The notes: generated by a model from the sequence alone, not told the origin. Counted from the stretch's first letter, positions 10,561-20,631 are shown. The stretch is 64,000 nt of DNA from Dehalococcoidia bacterium (GCA_965203985.1 CBDBDS010000002.1:38945-102944), one strand, 5' to 3'. Numbers and translations are program-made.

Positions 10561-11478
10561 CTACGCCCGGGGCAGCGGATTGCCCGGCGTGGTCATGCGC
10601 AGGCTGTACACTGAGGTACGCGCCGTGAACAGCATGGTGCGGAAGTCCGGGCCGCCGAAAGCGCAGTTGGCCGGTATCTCCGGGACCCGGATGATGCCCA
10701 GATGCTCGCCGGCTGGGGAGAAGACCCACACGCCGCCGGAACCGGTGCAATACACCCGGCCTTCCGCGTCCACCTTCATGCCGTCGGGCACTCCGTCCTC
10801 GGCGGAGGCCATGCTACCGAACATGCGACTATTGCTCAGGGAGCCGTCGGCCGCCACGTCGTAGGCCTGGATGAACTGGTTCTGCTTGACCTCGCCGTCC
10901 CAATACTGGTCGGGCCGTTCGCCCAGCTTGCGGGTGTTGGACGCGTACAGCACCGTCTCGTCGGGAGAGAAAGCGATGCCGTTGGGGAAATCGATGTCGT
11001 GGGCGCATAGGTCAACGGTGCCGTCCGGATCGATCCGGTGGATGGTGCCGGGCCACTCGATCTCCTGCTCCGCTTCCGGAACGCGGCCGCTCGGATTGGT
11101 GAAGTAGATGCTGCCGTCGCTGCGACAGACGATGTCGTTGGGGCGGTGGAAGCGCTTGCCGTCCCATCGATCAGCCACCACGTTGATGGTGCCGTCAGGC
11201 TCCATGCGCGTGATGCGCCGGTTGTCGCCCTCGCACATGAGCAGGCGACCCTGCAGGTCCAGGGTCATGCCGTTGGTGCCGCCGCTGGGCTCGCGAATGA
11301 TGTCGGGCGTTCCACCGGCGGGAGACATGCGGTGGATCACGGGCGGTTCGCGCCGCAAGTCAACAAACAGCCAGTAGCCGTCGGGGTGCCACAGCGGCCC
11401 CTCAGTGAACACGAAGTCGGTGGCCAACTGCTGTGCTTCCTGGTCGGGTTCTACGATTCCGGGCAGATATTCGGGCAT
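10561..11478 (-). CDS. SMP-30/gluconolactonase/LRE family protein
   Basis: FTEGPLW, PNDIV, FPNGIAFSPD, PDGMKVD, NCAFGG. Confidence 0.9.
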   Translation of the reverse strand: MPEYLPGIVEPDQEAQQLATDFVFTEGPLWHPDGYWLFVDLRREPPVIHRMSPAGGTPDIIREPSGGTNGMTLDLQGRLLMCEGDNRRITRMEPDGTINVVADRWDGKRFHRPNDIVCRSDGSIYFTNPSGRVPEAEQEIEWPGTIHRIDPDGTVDLCAHDIDFPNGIAFSPDETVLYASNTRKLGERPDQYWDGEVKQNQFIQAYDVAADGSLSNSRMFGSMASAEDGVPDGMKVDAEGRVYCTGSGGVWVFSPAGEHLGIIRVPEIPANCAFGGPDFRTMLFTARTSVYSLRMTTPGNPLPRA

Positions 11479-11515
11479 GATGTGCCTCCTTGGCGAGGTG
11501 TAGGAGTGGCTGAGT

Positions 11516-12433
11516 TTAAGACGGCAGGTGAGCCAGGTACTGCTCGGCGAAGTCCATGCCGACCAGGTCGCTGAACGCCGTCATCAGGCGCTCGGTCACC
11601 GGGCCCGGGACGCTGCCGTCGCCGACGGTGGCTCCATTGATCGCCGACACCGGGCAGATGCACAGGCTGGTGGAGGTCAGGAATGCTTCATCGGCGGTGT
11701 AGGCGTCGTACAAATCCAGGTCGCATTCGGCGGTGGCGAGGCCCAAACCGTCGGCCAACTCCAGGGTCTGGTTGCGGGTAACCCCCTCCAACACGTACTG
11801 GGACTTGGGCGTCATCACCGCGCCGTCCTTGACCAGGAACACGTTGCTGCCGCGACCCTCGGTGAGGTTGCCGAACTCGTCCAGCAGGATGGCCCAGGCG
11901 TCGGGATCCTCACCATGCACCTCAAGCTCGCCCATGATGAGGTTGAGGTAGTTGTGGGTCTTGGCGCGGGGGCTGAGGAACCGGGGAGGGATGCGGGCCA
12001 CCGACGGGGTGCTAATGCGGGCGCCGTCCCGATACAGCGGAGCGCGGGCGGCGAAGGGTATGGCGTGGCTCTCGATGATGATGGTGGGCCGAGGGCCACC
12101 GGAGCGATTCGCTCCCTCCACGCCGCGACTGATGCGCTGCATCACCCACATGTCCTGACCGGCCGGAAGCATCGGGTGATTGTGCGCGACCACGGCCTCG
12201 GTGGCCTCGGTCATCTCCTCCTTGCTCATGCCCACGTCGATGCGCAGGTAGCGGAGGGAGTTGTACAGGCGGTCGATGTGGCGGTCCAGCCGGAAGGTCT
12301 TGCCGCCAAAGGTACGGGTCGCGTCGAACACTGCGTCGCCGTACAGGAAGCCGCGGTCGTAAATCGACAGGGCAACCTGGCTGGCCGGGGTCATTTCACC
12401 GTTGAAATAGACGATCATTTCGTCTGCCATCAT
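11516..12433 (-). CDS. PLP-dependent class IV aminotransferase (IlvE/Dat/PabC-like)
   Basis: DRGFLYGDAVFD, KTHNY (PLP lysine), EGRGSNVF, LEGVTR. Confidence 0.88.
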   Translation of the reverse strand: MMADEMIVYFNGEMTPASQVALSIYDRGFLYGDAVFDATRTFGGKTFRLDRHIDRLYNSLRYLRIDVGMSKEEMTEATEAVVAHNHPMLPAGQDMWVMQRISRGVEGANRSGGPRPTIIIESHAIPFAARAPLYRDGARISTPSVARIPPRFLSPRAKTHNYLNLIMGELEVHGEDPDAWAILLDEFGNLTEGRGSNVFLVKDGAVMTPKSQYVLEGVTRNQTLELADGLGLATAECDLDLYDAYTADEAFLTSTSLCICPVSAINGATVGDGSVPGPVTERLMTAFSDLVGMDFAEQYLAHLPS

Positions 12434-12477
12434 CAGAACTCCCAATTCATCCTGTCAATGCTGTGCATCGATGTAAG

Positions 12478-13380
12478 TCAGGCATCTTTCCGCTGTACCT
12501 GGAACCCGGCTTCCTCTTCCATCGGCAATACGATGGCCGCGCTATCCAGGTCTCCCAGTCCCTGCTCAACCGCTTCCGACAGAAGACGGTAGGCCAGATC
12601 ACCGGCGGCGATCGGTGTCCCCAGGTCGCGGGCCATCTCCTGGATGAGCCCCAGATCTTTGAGGAATACCCGAAGTTGAGTGCGTACGCCTTCGAAGTCG
12701 CGGTCAAGCATGGCCGGGGCGTTTCGTCCCAGGAGAAAGCTCTGACCCCACCCCGAATTGACCAGCTCGAAAACCAGCGCCGGGTCCGCGCCGGACTTCG
12801 CCCCCAACAGCATCGCCTCGGCGGCGGCGACCATGTGCACGCCGACCAGCAGTTGGTTCACCAGCTTGGCGGCGGTGCCGGAACCCGTGGGACCTACATG
12901 CCGCACAACTGCGCCCATCACATCGAACAGAGGCTGGGCTGCCGCGTAGGCTTCGGCCGGGCCGCCGACCATGATGGTCAGGGTGCCATCGGTAGCCCGC
13001 TCGGTGCCGCCGCTGATGGGAGCGTCGAGGAACATGGCGCCACGCTTTTCAGCAGCTTCGGCGCAGGCCTTCGAGGTCGCAGCGCCAACGGTGCTGTGAT
13101 CGACTATGATCTGCCCGGGGCGGGCGTTGGGCAGCGCGCCATCGTTTCCGAGAAGAACCGCCTCGCAGGTCGCCACGTCGGGCAGGCAGGCCAGCACGAT
13201 ATCACAATTGGCCATGACCTCCACGGTGGAAGTCGCAGCAGTGGCCCCGGCGTCAGCAATCTGGCGCACCTTCTCCTGGCTCCGGTTATGAACCGTCAGG
13301 TCATAGCCCGCGCGCAGCAGGTTGTAGGACATGGGGAGCCCCATGCGCCCCAGGCCGATAAAACCGATTTTTTCAGCCAA
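12478..13380 (-). CDS. 3-hydroxyisobutyrate dehydrogenase / tartronate semialdehyde reductase family
   Basis: IGFIGLGRMG, LDAPISGG, KLVNQ, KDL. Confidence 0.88.
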   Translation of the reverse strand: MAEKIGFIGLGRMGLPMSYNLLRAGYDLTVHNRSQEKVRQIADAGATAATSTVEVMANCDIVLACLPDVATCEAVLLGNDGALPNARPGQIIVDHSTVGAATSKACAEAAEKRGAMFLDAPISGGTERATDGTLTIMVGGPAEAYAAAQPLFDVMGAVVRHVGPTGSGTAAKLVNQLLVGVHMVAAAEAMLLGAKSGADPALVFELVNSGWGQSFLLGRNAPAMLDRDFEGVRTQLRVFLKDLGLIQEMARDLGTPIAAGDLAYRLLSEAVEQGLGDLDSAAIVLPMEEEAGFQVQRKDA

Positions 13381-13384
13381 GTTG

Positions 13385-13771
13385 TCAGCTCCTCAAACGG
13401 GGTTCGTTGGCTACGGCAAGCAGGCGGGCAACAAAACCGCGCGCTCTTGGCCGGTATCTGGCTATCCTGCCGTCACTCATCTGACCGTGGTAAAAATGGT
13501 TGTGAAACCGTTCCATAACGTCAAATTCGGTGAGCCAATGAGACGCGCCGGGAGCGTTAGGCAGTCGCTTGGCAACCCTCTTCAGCGCGCCATGACTATC
13601 GTAAGGCCATCCGTTTCGCAAGGCGACGGCTATCAGAGCGTGAGCGACCGCGCCCCACAGCATTTCCGCTCCTTTCATCGGTTTACCAGCGGCGAATTCG
13701 ACATCCGCTTCGTCCAGCAATTCCGGCGCCAGTTCAACGTGTTCCCGCAGCGACAACGTTGGAGTAGTCAT
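13385..13771 (-). CDS. PaREP1/HEPN-like small helical protein
   Basis: LLDEADVEFAAGKPMKGAEMLWGAVAHALIAVA...GW...ERFHNHFY pattern. Confidence 0.65.
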   Translation of the reverse strand: MTTPTLSLREHVELAPELLDEADVEFAAGKPMKGAEMLWGAVAHALIAVALRNGWPYDSHGALKRVAKRLPNAPGASHWLTEFDVMERFHNHFYHGQMSDGRIARYRPRARGFVARLLAVANEPRLRS

Positions 13772-13775
13772 CGGG

Positions 13776-14138
13776 TCACTCCGTCAGACGCTCCACTTCG
13801 CTGACGAACTCCCGCACCACCCGAAGCATACGGTGGCTGTCGCCATCCTCCCAGACGAAACGGCCATAGTGAACCTTCTCGGGATAGCCTTCTGCGGCAG
13901 CGTATGAACTCAGCAGAATATCGCCGACATGCTCATCCATTTTGGCAATTTTCTCCACCACCGGGTAGAGGTCATCGCCGTCATAATCCCAGCCCTTTTT
14001 GGCGGCGACGGACTTCAGAGCATGGAGCATTGCCGCCCGCAGGTTTTCGGTAGCCGCCAGCGCGTTGGCGTTCTCAAACTCCCGGTCGGCGGCGTCCAGG
14101 TAGTCCTGAGCGGTTTTCAATTGCTTTTCCGTTTGCAT
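13776..14138 (-). CDS. PaREP1/HEPN-like small helical protein (divergent paralog)
   Basis: YLDAADREFENANALAATENLRAAMLHALKSVAAKKGW resembles the adjacent gene. Confidence 0.55.
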   Translation of the reverse strand: MQTEKQLKTAQDYLDAADREFENANALAATENLRAAMLHALKSVAAKKGWDYDGDDLYPVVEKIAKMDEHVGDILLSSYAAAEGYPEKVHYGRFVWEDGDSHRMLRVVREFVSEVERLTE

Positions 14139-14205
14139 CCCAACATTCCTTCTGAACTATGCCGTGTGATCAGCATAGCGCAAGGATATAACCGGGGCAA
14201 CGCGG

Positions 14206-15000
14206 TTACCAGATCAGCCCCTCTGCGATTGCGGCCGCTTCCACCAGGTCCCATCCGTCTTCGATGCCGGGCAGCAGGCGGTCACAAGCCTCGGCCTTGA
14301 GCACCGCCCGACCGACCTCGTCGCTGTCGTCCACCGACACCAACGCCGCCGTCACCTGGGCAGCCTCAGCAGGATCCACTTCGGGCCGGGCGGTGAAGCA
14401 GCAGTGGCTGTAGCCGGGGCTGCTCCAGAACACTTTCAGTTCGTCGGTGTTGATGCCGTGCCGCTCGCCCAGGGTTTCAAATGAACGGGCGCTGATGGCC
14501 CCCGCGTCGTAGTTACGGTTCAGCACCTGGAGGGCCACGTCAACCTGGTCCGAGCCGTGCTGCTGGTTGCGTTGATCGTAAAAGTCTGCGGCCGCCAGCG
14601 TGCGGTTCGGATGGATTCCCATCTGCTTGAGGAAATAGACCGGCAGCAGACCGGCTTCCACCGAGTCCCGGGCCGCAAAAGCAAAACGGGTGCCGGGCAG
14701 GTCTTCCACGGTGTCAATCGCGGAATCGGCGCGGCTGATGAACCTGGTGGTGAAACCGATGTCAACATCGCGCAGAGCTAGCACCGGCGCTCCGTCGGGC
14801 AGGGCGCGGCGCATCTTGACGTGGGACAGCGGGCCGTTCCACGCTAGGTTGATTTCCCCGCGTGTAAAGGCGTCCACCATCTCGTCGTAGCCGGAATAGA
14901 GCACCCAATCGAACTCAACGCCGTTGCGGCGGAACACCGTTTCCAGCGCGCGGCAAAGGTCGAGGTGTGCCGGGGAACCTGTTGCGCCCATTCGGATCAT
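14206..15000 (-). CDS. PhnD-like substrate-binding-fold protein, no signal peptide seen
   Basis: YDEMVDAF...INLAWNGP, FAFAARDSVEAG, YDAGAIS; ATG follows AGGAGGT. Confidence 0.7.
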   Translation of the reverse strand: MIRMGATGSPAHLDLCRALETVFRRNGVEFDWVLYSGYDEMVDAFTRGEINLAWNGPLSHVKMRRALPDGAPVLALRDVDIGFTTRFISRADSAIDTVEDLPGTRFAFAARDSVEAGLLPVYFLKQMGIHPNRTLAAADFYDQRNQQHGSDQVDVALQVLNRNYDAGAISARSFETLGERHGINTDELKVFWSSPGYSHCCFTARPEVDPAEAAQVTAALVSVDDSDEVGRAVLKAEACDRLLPGIEDGWDLVEAAAIAEGLIW

Positions 15001-15114
15001 CGGATCACCTCCTGTGTTGGTGAGTTCTTCCGGGCCTGCCGCCAGATTCGGCCTATGGTTGAGGCGCAGTCTATCACCGGCCCCCGGCGTCGCCAATCAT
15101 CGGCGCCGGCGTGC

Positions 15115-16650
15115 TCACTTTCCTAGCTCGGCCCGCTCCCGCGCGCTGGCCCGCATAAGCACGGCAGGCACGATGGCCGCCAAGGCGATAATCCCGGCAA
15201 CGCGGTAGAAAGAGTGGAACAGGTCGAGGCTGGCGTTTTGCAGCGTCTGCTGATACTCGGCGAAAGCCTGCGCCCGTGCCGCCGCGTCCAGGCCGGGCGT
15301 CACCAGCGGTGAGGGAGTCGCCGTGATAATAGCGAGCATTTCGTTGATGCCCCAGGCGGACAGCGCCGCCATCCCCAGGGTCATTCCCAGCATACGGGCC
15401 ACGACAATCATCGACGCGGCCACGGCCCGGTAGTCCGGCGGCGCGGCGGCGATGGCCCGGTGCATCAGCGGCGCGATTACCAGGCCGAACCCGGCGCCGG
15501 CGATTACCATATCCACCGTCAAGAGTGGCTCCGCGATCTCAATTTGCCACCCACTGAGGCGGAACATACCCAACGCAACCAGGCCCAGACCGGGAAGGGC
15601 GATCCAGCGAGCATCCAGCCAGCGCAGCAGCAATCCGCCCAACGCGGCGCACACGGGGATGGTTGCCGTCATGCGGAGCAGCCACAAGGCGGCGGTAAAG
15701 GAGTCCACCGGCCGACCCGGGACATCCATTACGGTATTGGCCATAATCACCGTGGTGGCCATGGCGATGATCAGAGCAATTCCCACCAGCAGTTGGGATA
15801 CGTTGGCAGTCACGAACGCGCCGGCTCCAAACAGCGCGGCGGATAAAAGCGGCTGCGCCGTCCGCCGATGCAGAAGGATCAGGCCGCCAACCGACAGCCC
15901 AACCCCGCCGAGCAGCCACCAGGGTGTCCAGGAAGAGAGCCGGACCAGCCCTTCGTGCGCTGCGGCAAGACACAGTAGCGCCAGCGCGACAGTGAGAACC
16001 ATCGCTCCCCGGTAGTCCATGCGCGCGCCGTCAAACCGACGCTCGGAGAGGAAGATCAGCGCCGCCGCAATCGTCGCCGCCTGCGGCACGTTCAGCCAGA
16101 ATATGGCGCGCCATCCCCACAGTTCGATCACCGCTCCGCCGTAGGCCGGCCCAAGCATGCTTCCGGCCTCCGCGGCGCCAGCCACGATGCCCAGGGCCAG
16201 ACCCCGTTGGGCTGGGGTGACCAAAGTGGCGGCGATGGCCAGGCTCACCGGCACCACCCCTCCACCCCCGATGGCCTGGATCACGCGGGCGGCGATTATC
16301 TGGTGCAGAGGCTCCAGGTTCCCGTTGAGCCACTCCCATTGTCCTGACAACGCCACCAGCGTTGTGCCGACCCCGAAAATTGCCAGGGAGACCAAGTACA
16401 GGCGCCGGTAGCCGTGCACATCGGCCAACCGGCCCAACAGCGGCATTGCCGCGGTGTAACCCAGCAGGTAAGCGGTTACCACCCAGATCACCGATTCCAG
16501 CCTAAGAATCGGGATCTTGAGATCGGCCATGATCGCGGGCAGCGCCGTGATCACCACCGTTTGGTCCAGCGCCGTCACGAACGTGCCCGCCGCAACGACT
16601 CCTACCAGGACCCACGGCGACAACCTTGGTCGAGTGAACGCCGCGAACAC
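15115..16650 (-). CDS. 14-TM MFS transporter, Rv1410c/P55-like
   Basis: TALDQTVV, WVVTAYLLGYTAAMPLLGRLADVHG, AEAGSMLGPAYGG; follows an LppX/LprG-like lipoprotein. Confidence 0.8.
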   Translation of the reverse strand: MFAAFTRPRLSPWVLVGVVAAGTFVTALDQTVVITALPAIMADLKIPILRLESVIWVVTAYLLGYTAAMPLLGRLADVHGYRRLYLVSLAIFGVGTTLVALSGQWEWLNGNLEPLHQIIAARVIQAIGGGGVVPVSLAIAATLVTPAQRGLALGIVAGAAEAGSMLGPAYGGAVIELWGWRAIFWLNVPQAATIAAALIFLSERRFDGARMDYRGAMVLTVALALLCLAAAHEGLVRLSSWTPWWLLGGVGLSVGGLILLHRRTAQPLLSAALFGAGAFVTANVSQLLVGIALIIAMATTVIMANTVMDVPGRPVDSFTAALWLLRMTATIPVCAALGGLLLRWLDARWIALPGLGLVALGMFRLSGWQIEIAEPLLTVDMVIAGAGFGLVIAPLMHRAIAAAPPDYRAVAASMIVVARMLGMTLGMAALSAWGINEMLAIITATPSPLVTPGLDAAARAQAFAEYQQTLQNASLDLFHSFYRVAGIIALAAIVPAVLMRASARERAELGK

Positions 16651-16676
16651 TTGCGTCGGCAGCCCGGTCCCGAGGA

Positions 16677-17465
16677 TTATCCGCCGCTCAGGTCGATAAA
16701 CTGCTCGGGAGGAACGATGCTCACCGGCTCTCCGATGTCCGTGAGCAGAATCGTGCGTCGGGTGTCCGGAGAGTCAAACTCGCCGGCCGCGCCTGATGCG
16801 CTGAGCCGTCGCAGCAGCTTCTGATCGGTGTCGGTCCAGATCTCGATACTCAGGGATTCGTTAGCAGACGGTGCGATGGGGAGCCAGCCCATGGCGGAGG
16901 CCGGCGCGTCACCCCTAATGCGGTACGTCGCAACGTCGTCCAATATCTCCTCGCCGACCAGATCAGGGTTTTCCAAGGCGTCGACGAGATCAGCGATAAT
17001 ATGCTGAAGGCGATTTACCGACACCGGGGCCGATTGAGGTGATTGCTTGAACCACAATCCTGATATTGGCTCAGTCGAGTAATATCCCCCCGGCGTGATG
17101 ATGGCGCGCACCTGGACGTAGGAGCCGGTTTCGTAATCCGCATCGGGGCCGCTCACCAGATACGCGTCGATGGACAGTTCTGCCCCGGCGTCAGCGTCCC
17201 ACGTCCCGGAAATTTCGGTAATCCTGGCGCTGAAGGCGGGGAGGTACATGCTTCCGACTTCGTGGCGCACCCGGAACGTGGCCGACTGAACTGTACGCAG
17301 GTTGGCCGCGGTTTCCGCTAACAACGCCACAGGGTCCGGGACCGGCGTAGGCGTGGGCAATGATACGGCCGGAGCTTCGCCGCCGCACGCCGACACAGCC
17401 CAGACGATCCCGACGAGCGCAGCCAGGGACAAACTGCGTTTGGCCGCTTTCAGCGCGTGGACCAA
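16677..17465 (-). CDS. LppX/LprAFG-family lipoprotein
   Basis: Signal peptide with lipobox VSAC, Pro/Thr linker, beta-rich LolA-like pattern (GEEILDDVATYRIRG, IEIWTD, PVSIVPP). Start approximate. Confidence 0.7.
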   Translation of the reverse strand: MVHALKAAKRSLSLAALVGIVWAVSACGGEAPAVSLPTPTPVPDPVALLAETAANLRTVQSATFRVRHEVGSMYLPAFSARITEISGTWDADAGAELSIDAYLVSGPDADYETGSYVQVRAIITPGGYYSTEPISGLWFKQSPQSAPVSVNRLQHIIADLVDALENPDLVGEEILDDVATYRIRGDAPASAMGWLPIAPSANESLSIEIWTDTDQKLLRRLSASGAAGEFDSPDTRRTILLTDIGEPVSIVPPEQFIDLSGG

Positions 17466-18835
17466 ACTGCCATGCTGCCGTTGGCGATGTCGCGCAGTTG
17501 CCCGCCGTCGCCGGTTTCCACGACGTACACGCGGGAGCCGCCACCGCTGCTGCCGTTGCGCCGCTCGGACAAGTACTGTTGCGTCCCGGTAACGACCAGC
17601 GCGGATCCGTCCGGAGCCCACGGCGAGTGGCTCCGCGCGTACTGGTCGAAGAACGCCAGCATCAGGAACGTCTCCCCGCTGGGCGAGAAACGGAACCCGC
17701 CGAGGGCTTCGTCGGTCTCATTACCGGCGTCATCCGAGGTCAAACCCTCGGCGATTCTCCACTCCATGGTGCGCTCTTCTGGGTTCAGGGCGACCCAGGC
17801 CAAACGGTCTCCCCGGGGCTCCCAGAAGAATCCAAGGACCCAATCGTCCTCCTTGACCGTCCGCTCGGCGCTGCCGTCGACGGCCAACAGGCGCAGACGG
17901 CGGTACGCCGGCGAGCCGGCGATCTGCCGATCCGCCACGGCGATAACCTCGCCATTGGCCGACCACAGGAAGGCGCACGCGCCTTCGACTTCAGCCAACC
18001 GCAGGGCGGCGTCATCGGGCTGGTCGGGGCGTCCGATCCACAGCGCCTCGCTGTCGCCGCCGGGTGCTGACCAGGCCAGCCGGGCGCCGTTGGGAGACCA
18101 GGCCGGCGTGCGGAACGAACGGGACTGGGCCAACGGCTGGACACTGAACCGCTGGGCGTCGTAGTCCGGCCGAACGAGCAGGACATCCTCGTTGCTGTGC
18201 ACCGCCAGCGAAGCGCTGTCGGGAGCCCAGTTGAAATACAGCGGCGCGCCCCGTTGCACCGCCAATGGTTCACGGGGCGGCCCGGACTGGAGCGCCGGGG
18301 TGGCATCCACGAGGAACAGGGTCAGCCCTTCCGGGGTTGCGGCCGTGATTCCCAGCTTTTGCCCGTCCGGAGACCATTGGACATAGTGAGGCGTACCCTC
18401 CGCGATGGTCAGCGGGGCCTCGTTCACAAAAGCCGCTCCGCCGACGCCGGTGGAAGATTCCAGCGTGTGCAGGCTGATCTGGGCGTCGCTGGGAGATTCG
18501 CCCCGCAGGAGAGAAACGGCGATACGGGACCCATCCGGAGACCACACGGGCCAGCTGTACATGGCCTCACGGCGCTGGGGCTGGGCCAGGATTCCGCCAG
18601 CGCGAGCAACCGCGCCGGTCGTCAGCAGGCTGCGGCCCGAACCGTCGGGATCGGAGGTTACCAGTTGGCCGTCGTTGTCGATGTATGCAATGCGGTTGAT
18701 ATGCATAGGGGCTTCATTATTCGCGTTGCCACGCGGATTTGACGCGCACGCCACTGTCGCCAGCAGCACGGCTACCGCCGCGACGGTAAGGCACCAGTGG
18801 ACGTACACCGGCATCCAGGGAGCCGTCGTACCCAT
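17450..18835 (-). CDS. TolB-like beta-propeller lipoprotein (PD40 repeats)
   Basis: Lipobox TVAC; repeated WSPDG/WAPD/WSPNG motifs. Start approximate. Confidence 0.7.
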   Translation of the reverse strand: MGTTAPWMPVYVHWCLTVAAVAVLLATVACASNPRGNANNEAPMHINRIAYIDNDGQLVTSDPDGSGRSLLTTGAVARAGGILAQPQRREAMYSWPVWSPDGSRIAVSLLRGESPSDAQISLHTLESSTGVGGAAFVNEAPLTIAEGTPHYVQWSPDGQKLGITAATPEGLTLFLVDATPALQSGPPREPLAVQRGAPLYFNWAPDSASLAVHSNEDVLLVRPDYDAQRFSVQPLAQSRSFRTPAWSPNGARLAWSAPGGDSEALWIGRPDQPDDAALRLAEVEGACAFLWSANGEVIAVADRQIAGSPAYRRLRLLAVDGSAERTVKEDDWVLGFFWEPRGDRLAWVALNPEERTMEWRIAEGLTSDDAGNETDEALGGFRFSPSGETFLMLAFFDQYARSHSPWAPDGSALVVTGTQQYLSERRNGSSGGGSRVYVVETGDGGQLRDIANGSMAVWSTR

Positions 18836-19065
18836 GGGCCACGGGATCAATTTCGAGCGCACGCGCGTAACGGTAGCATCCAACATCCCAATAAGCAACG
18901 GAGGGCGACCGCGCCGTTCACCGGCGGCTCGGCTCAAACACGGATCAGATGGCACAGGGCGAAGTGGACGGCCCCGATTAGCGCTCGCCGTCACCAAAAC
19001 TGTGGTTTAATGCCGGGTATCCCAGGGCCGATGCACGGGCAATTGAGCGAGTCGAAATCACTACG

Positions 19066-20631
19066 ATGACAACACAAAACACCCCCCCGGCCGGCCGAGT
19101 GATAATGGTGCAAGGCACGGCCTCCCACGTCGGCAAGAGCGTGCTGGTATCGGCGCTGTGTCGCATATTCCGGCAGGACGGGCTCCGAGTCGCGCCGTTC
19201 AAGGCGCAGAACATGTCGAATAACTCCTACGTTACGCCGGATGGCGGCGAAATCGGCCGCGCCCAGGCCGTCCAGGCCGAGGCCGCCGGCGTTGAAGCCC
19301 GGGTGGAAATGAACCCGGTCCTGCTCAAACCGGAAGCGGACAGCCACGCCCAGGTCGTCCTGATGGGCCGTCCCCTGACCTCCGCCCGCGCTCGCGATTA
19401 TTTCGACCTGAAAGCCACCCTGTGGGAATCCGTATCCAATTCGCTGGACGTTTTGCGCAGCCAGCACGATGTGGTCGTTATCGAGGGGGCGGGCAGCCCG
19501 GCGGAGATCAACCTGAAAGCCACCGAGATCGTGAATATGCGGGTCGCGCTCCATGCTAACGCGCCGGTGCTCCTGTGCGGCGACATCGACCGGGGCGGCG
19601 TGTTCGCATCGTTGGTGGGTACGTTGCAACTGCTGGATGATGCAGAGCGAGATCGGGTCAAGGGCCTCCTGATCAACAAGTTCCGCGGGGACGTCTCGCT
19701 CTTGACCGATGGGTTGACCTGGCTGGAAGACTACACGAGCAAACCCGTGGTTGGCGTGGTTCACCACTTCCGGGACATACACATTCCCGAAGAGGATTCG
19801 GTGGCGCTGGACATTACGCCGCCACACGCCTCCTCGCCTGACGTGCTGGACGTGGCGGTGGTGCAGGTCCCCCACATTTCAAACTTCGACGACTTCGACC
19901 CGCTGGCCCGGGAGCCGGGTGTCTCGCTCCGGTACGTCCAGAACGGCGACCGGCTGGGCCGGCCGGACCTGGTGATCCTTCCGGGCAGCAAGACAACCAT
20001 TCCCGACCTGATATGGATGGAACGGCAGGGATTGTCCCAAGCCGTGATGGGAGCTAAGGAGCACGGCTCCGCGATCATCGGCATCTGCGGCGGCTACCAG
20101 ATGTTGGGCAAAACCCTGCTGGACCCGGAACACATCGAGTCGTCAATCGGGGCTGCGGACGGCCTCGGGCTGCTCCCGCTGGTGACGACCTTCGCCGGAA
20201 CCAAGGAAACCCACCGGGTGGAAGCAACCGTCCGGCAAGAGGCGTCCACACGCGGCCACCTGATGTCGGGCGCCGACGGTGAAACGGTGGTTGGCTACGA
20301 GATACACATGGGCCGAACCACGGGCGAGGGCGTCATACCGCCGTTCACCGTAGTTGACCGGGCCGATGCCGCCGTCACCCCGGAGACGGCGTTTGATGGG
20401 GCGCTGGACGCCAGCGGTCGCGTGATGGGAACGTACATCCACGGGCTGTTCCACAACGCTGGCGTAAGGAGAGCCATCCTCGGAGAATTGGCGCGGCGGA
20501 AAGGCGTCGGGTTGCCCGAGGGGGTCGACGTGGCACGTGACCGGGAGTACGACCGGCTCGCCGATTGGGTGCGAGACAGCCTGCGCATGGACCTGGTATA
20601 CGACATGGCGGGGCTGACACCGGCGCTATGA
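19066..20631 (+). CDS. cobQ: cobyric acid synthase
   Basis: QGTASHVGKS, PFKAQNMSNNS, EGAGSPAEIN, GICGGYQMLG, GTYIHGLF. Confidence 0.95.
   Translation: MTTQNTPPAGRVIMVQGTASHVGKSVLVSALCRIFRQDGLRVAPFKAQNMSNNSYVTPDGGEIGRAQAVQAEAAGVEARVEMNPVLLKPEADSHAQVVLMGRPLTSARARDYFDLKATLWESVSNSLDVLRSQHDVVVIEGAGSPAEINLKATEIVNMRVALHANAPVLLCGDIDRGGVFASLVGTLQLLDDAERDRVKGLLINKFRGDVSLLTDGLTWLEDYTSKPVVGVVHHFRDIHIPEEDSVALDITPPHASSPDVLDVAVVQVPHISNFDDFDPLAREPGVSLRYVQNGDRLGRPDLVILPGSKTTIPDLIWMERQGLSQAVMGAKEHGSAIIGICGGYQMLGKTLLDPEHIESSIGAADGLGLLPLVTTFAGTKETHRVEATVRQEASTRGHLMSGADGETVVGYEIHMGRTTGEGVIPPFTVVDRADAAVTPETAFDGALDASGRVMGTYIHGLFHNAGVRRAILGELARRKGVGLPEGVDVARDREYDRLADWVRDSLRMDLVYDMAGLTPAL

Noticed and set aside
18836-19065. 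Cobalamin riboswitch upstream of cobQ
   Set aside because: No recognisable B12-box or conserved GGGAA/GCCACTG elements by eye; an Rfam scan would be decisive.
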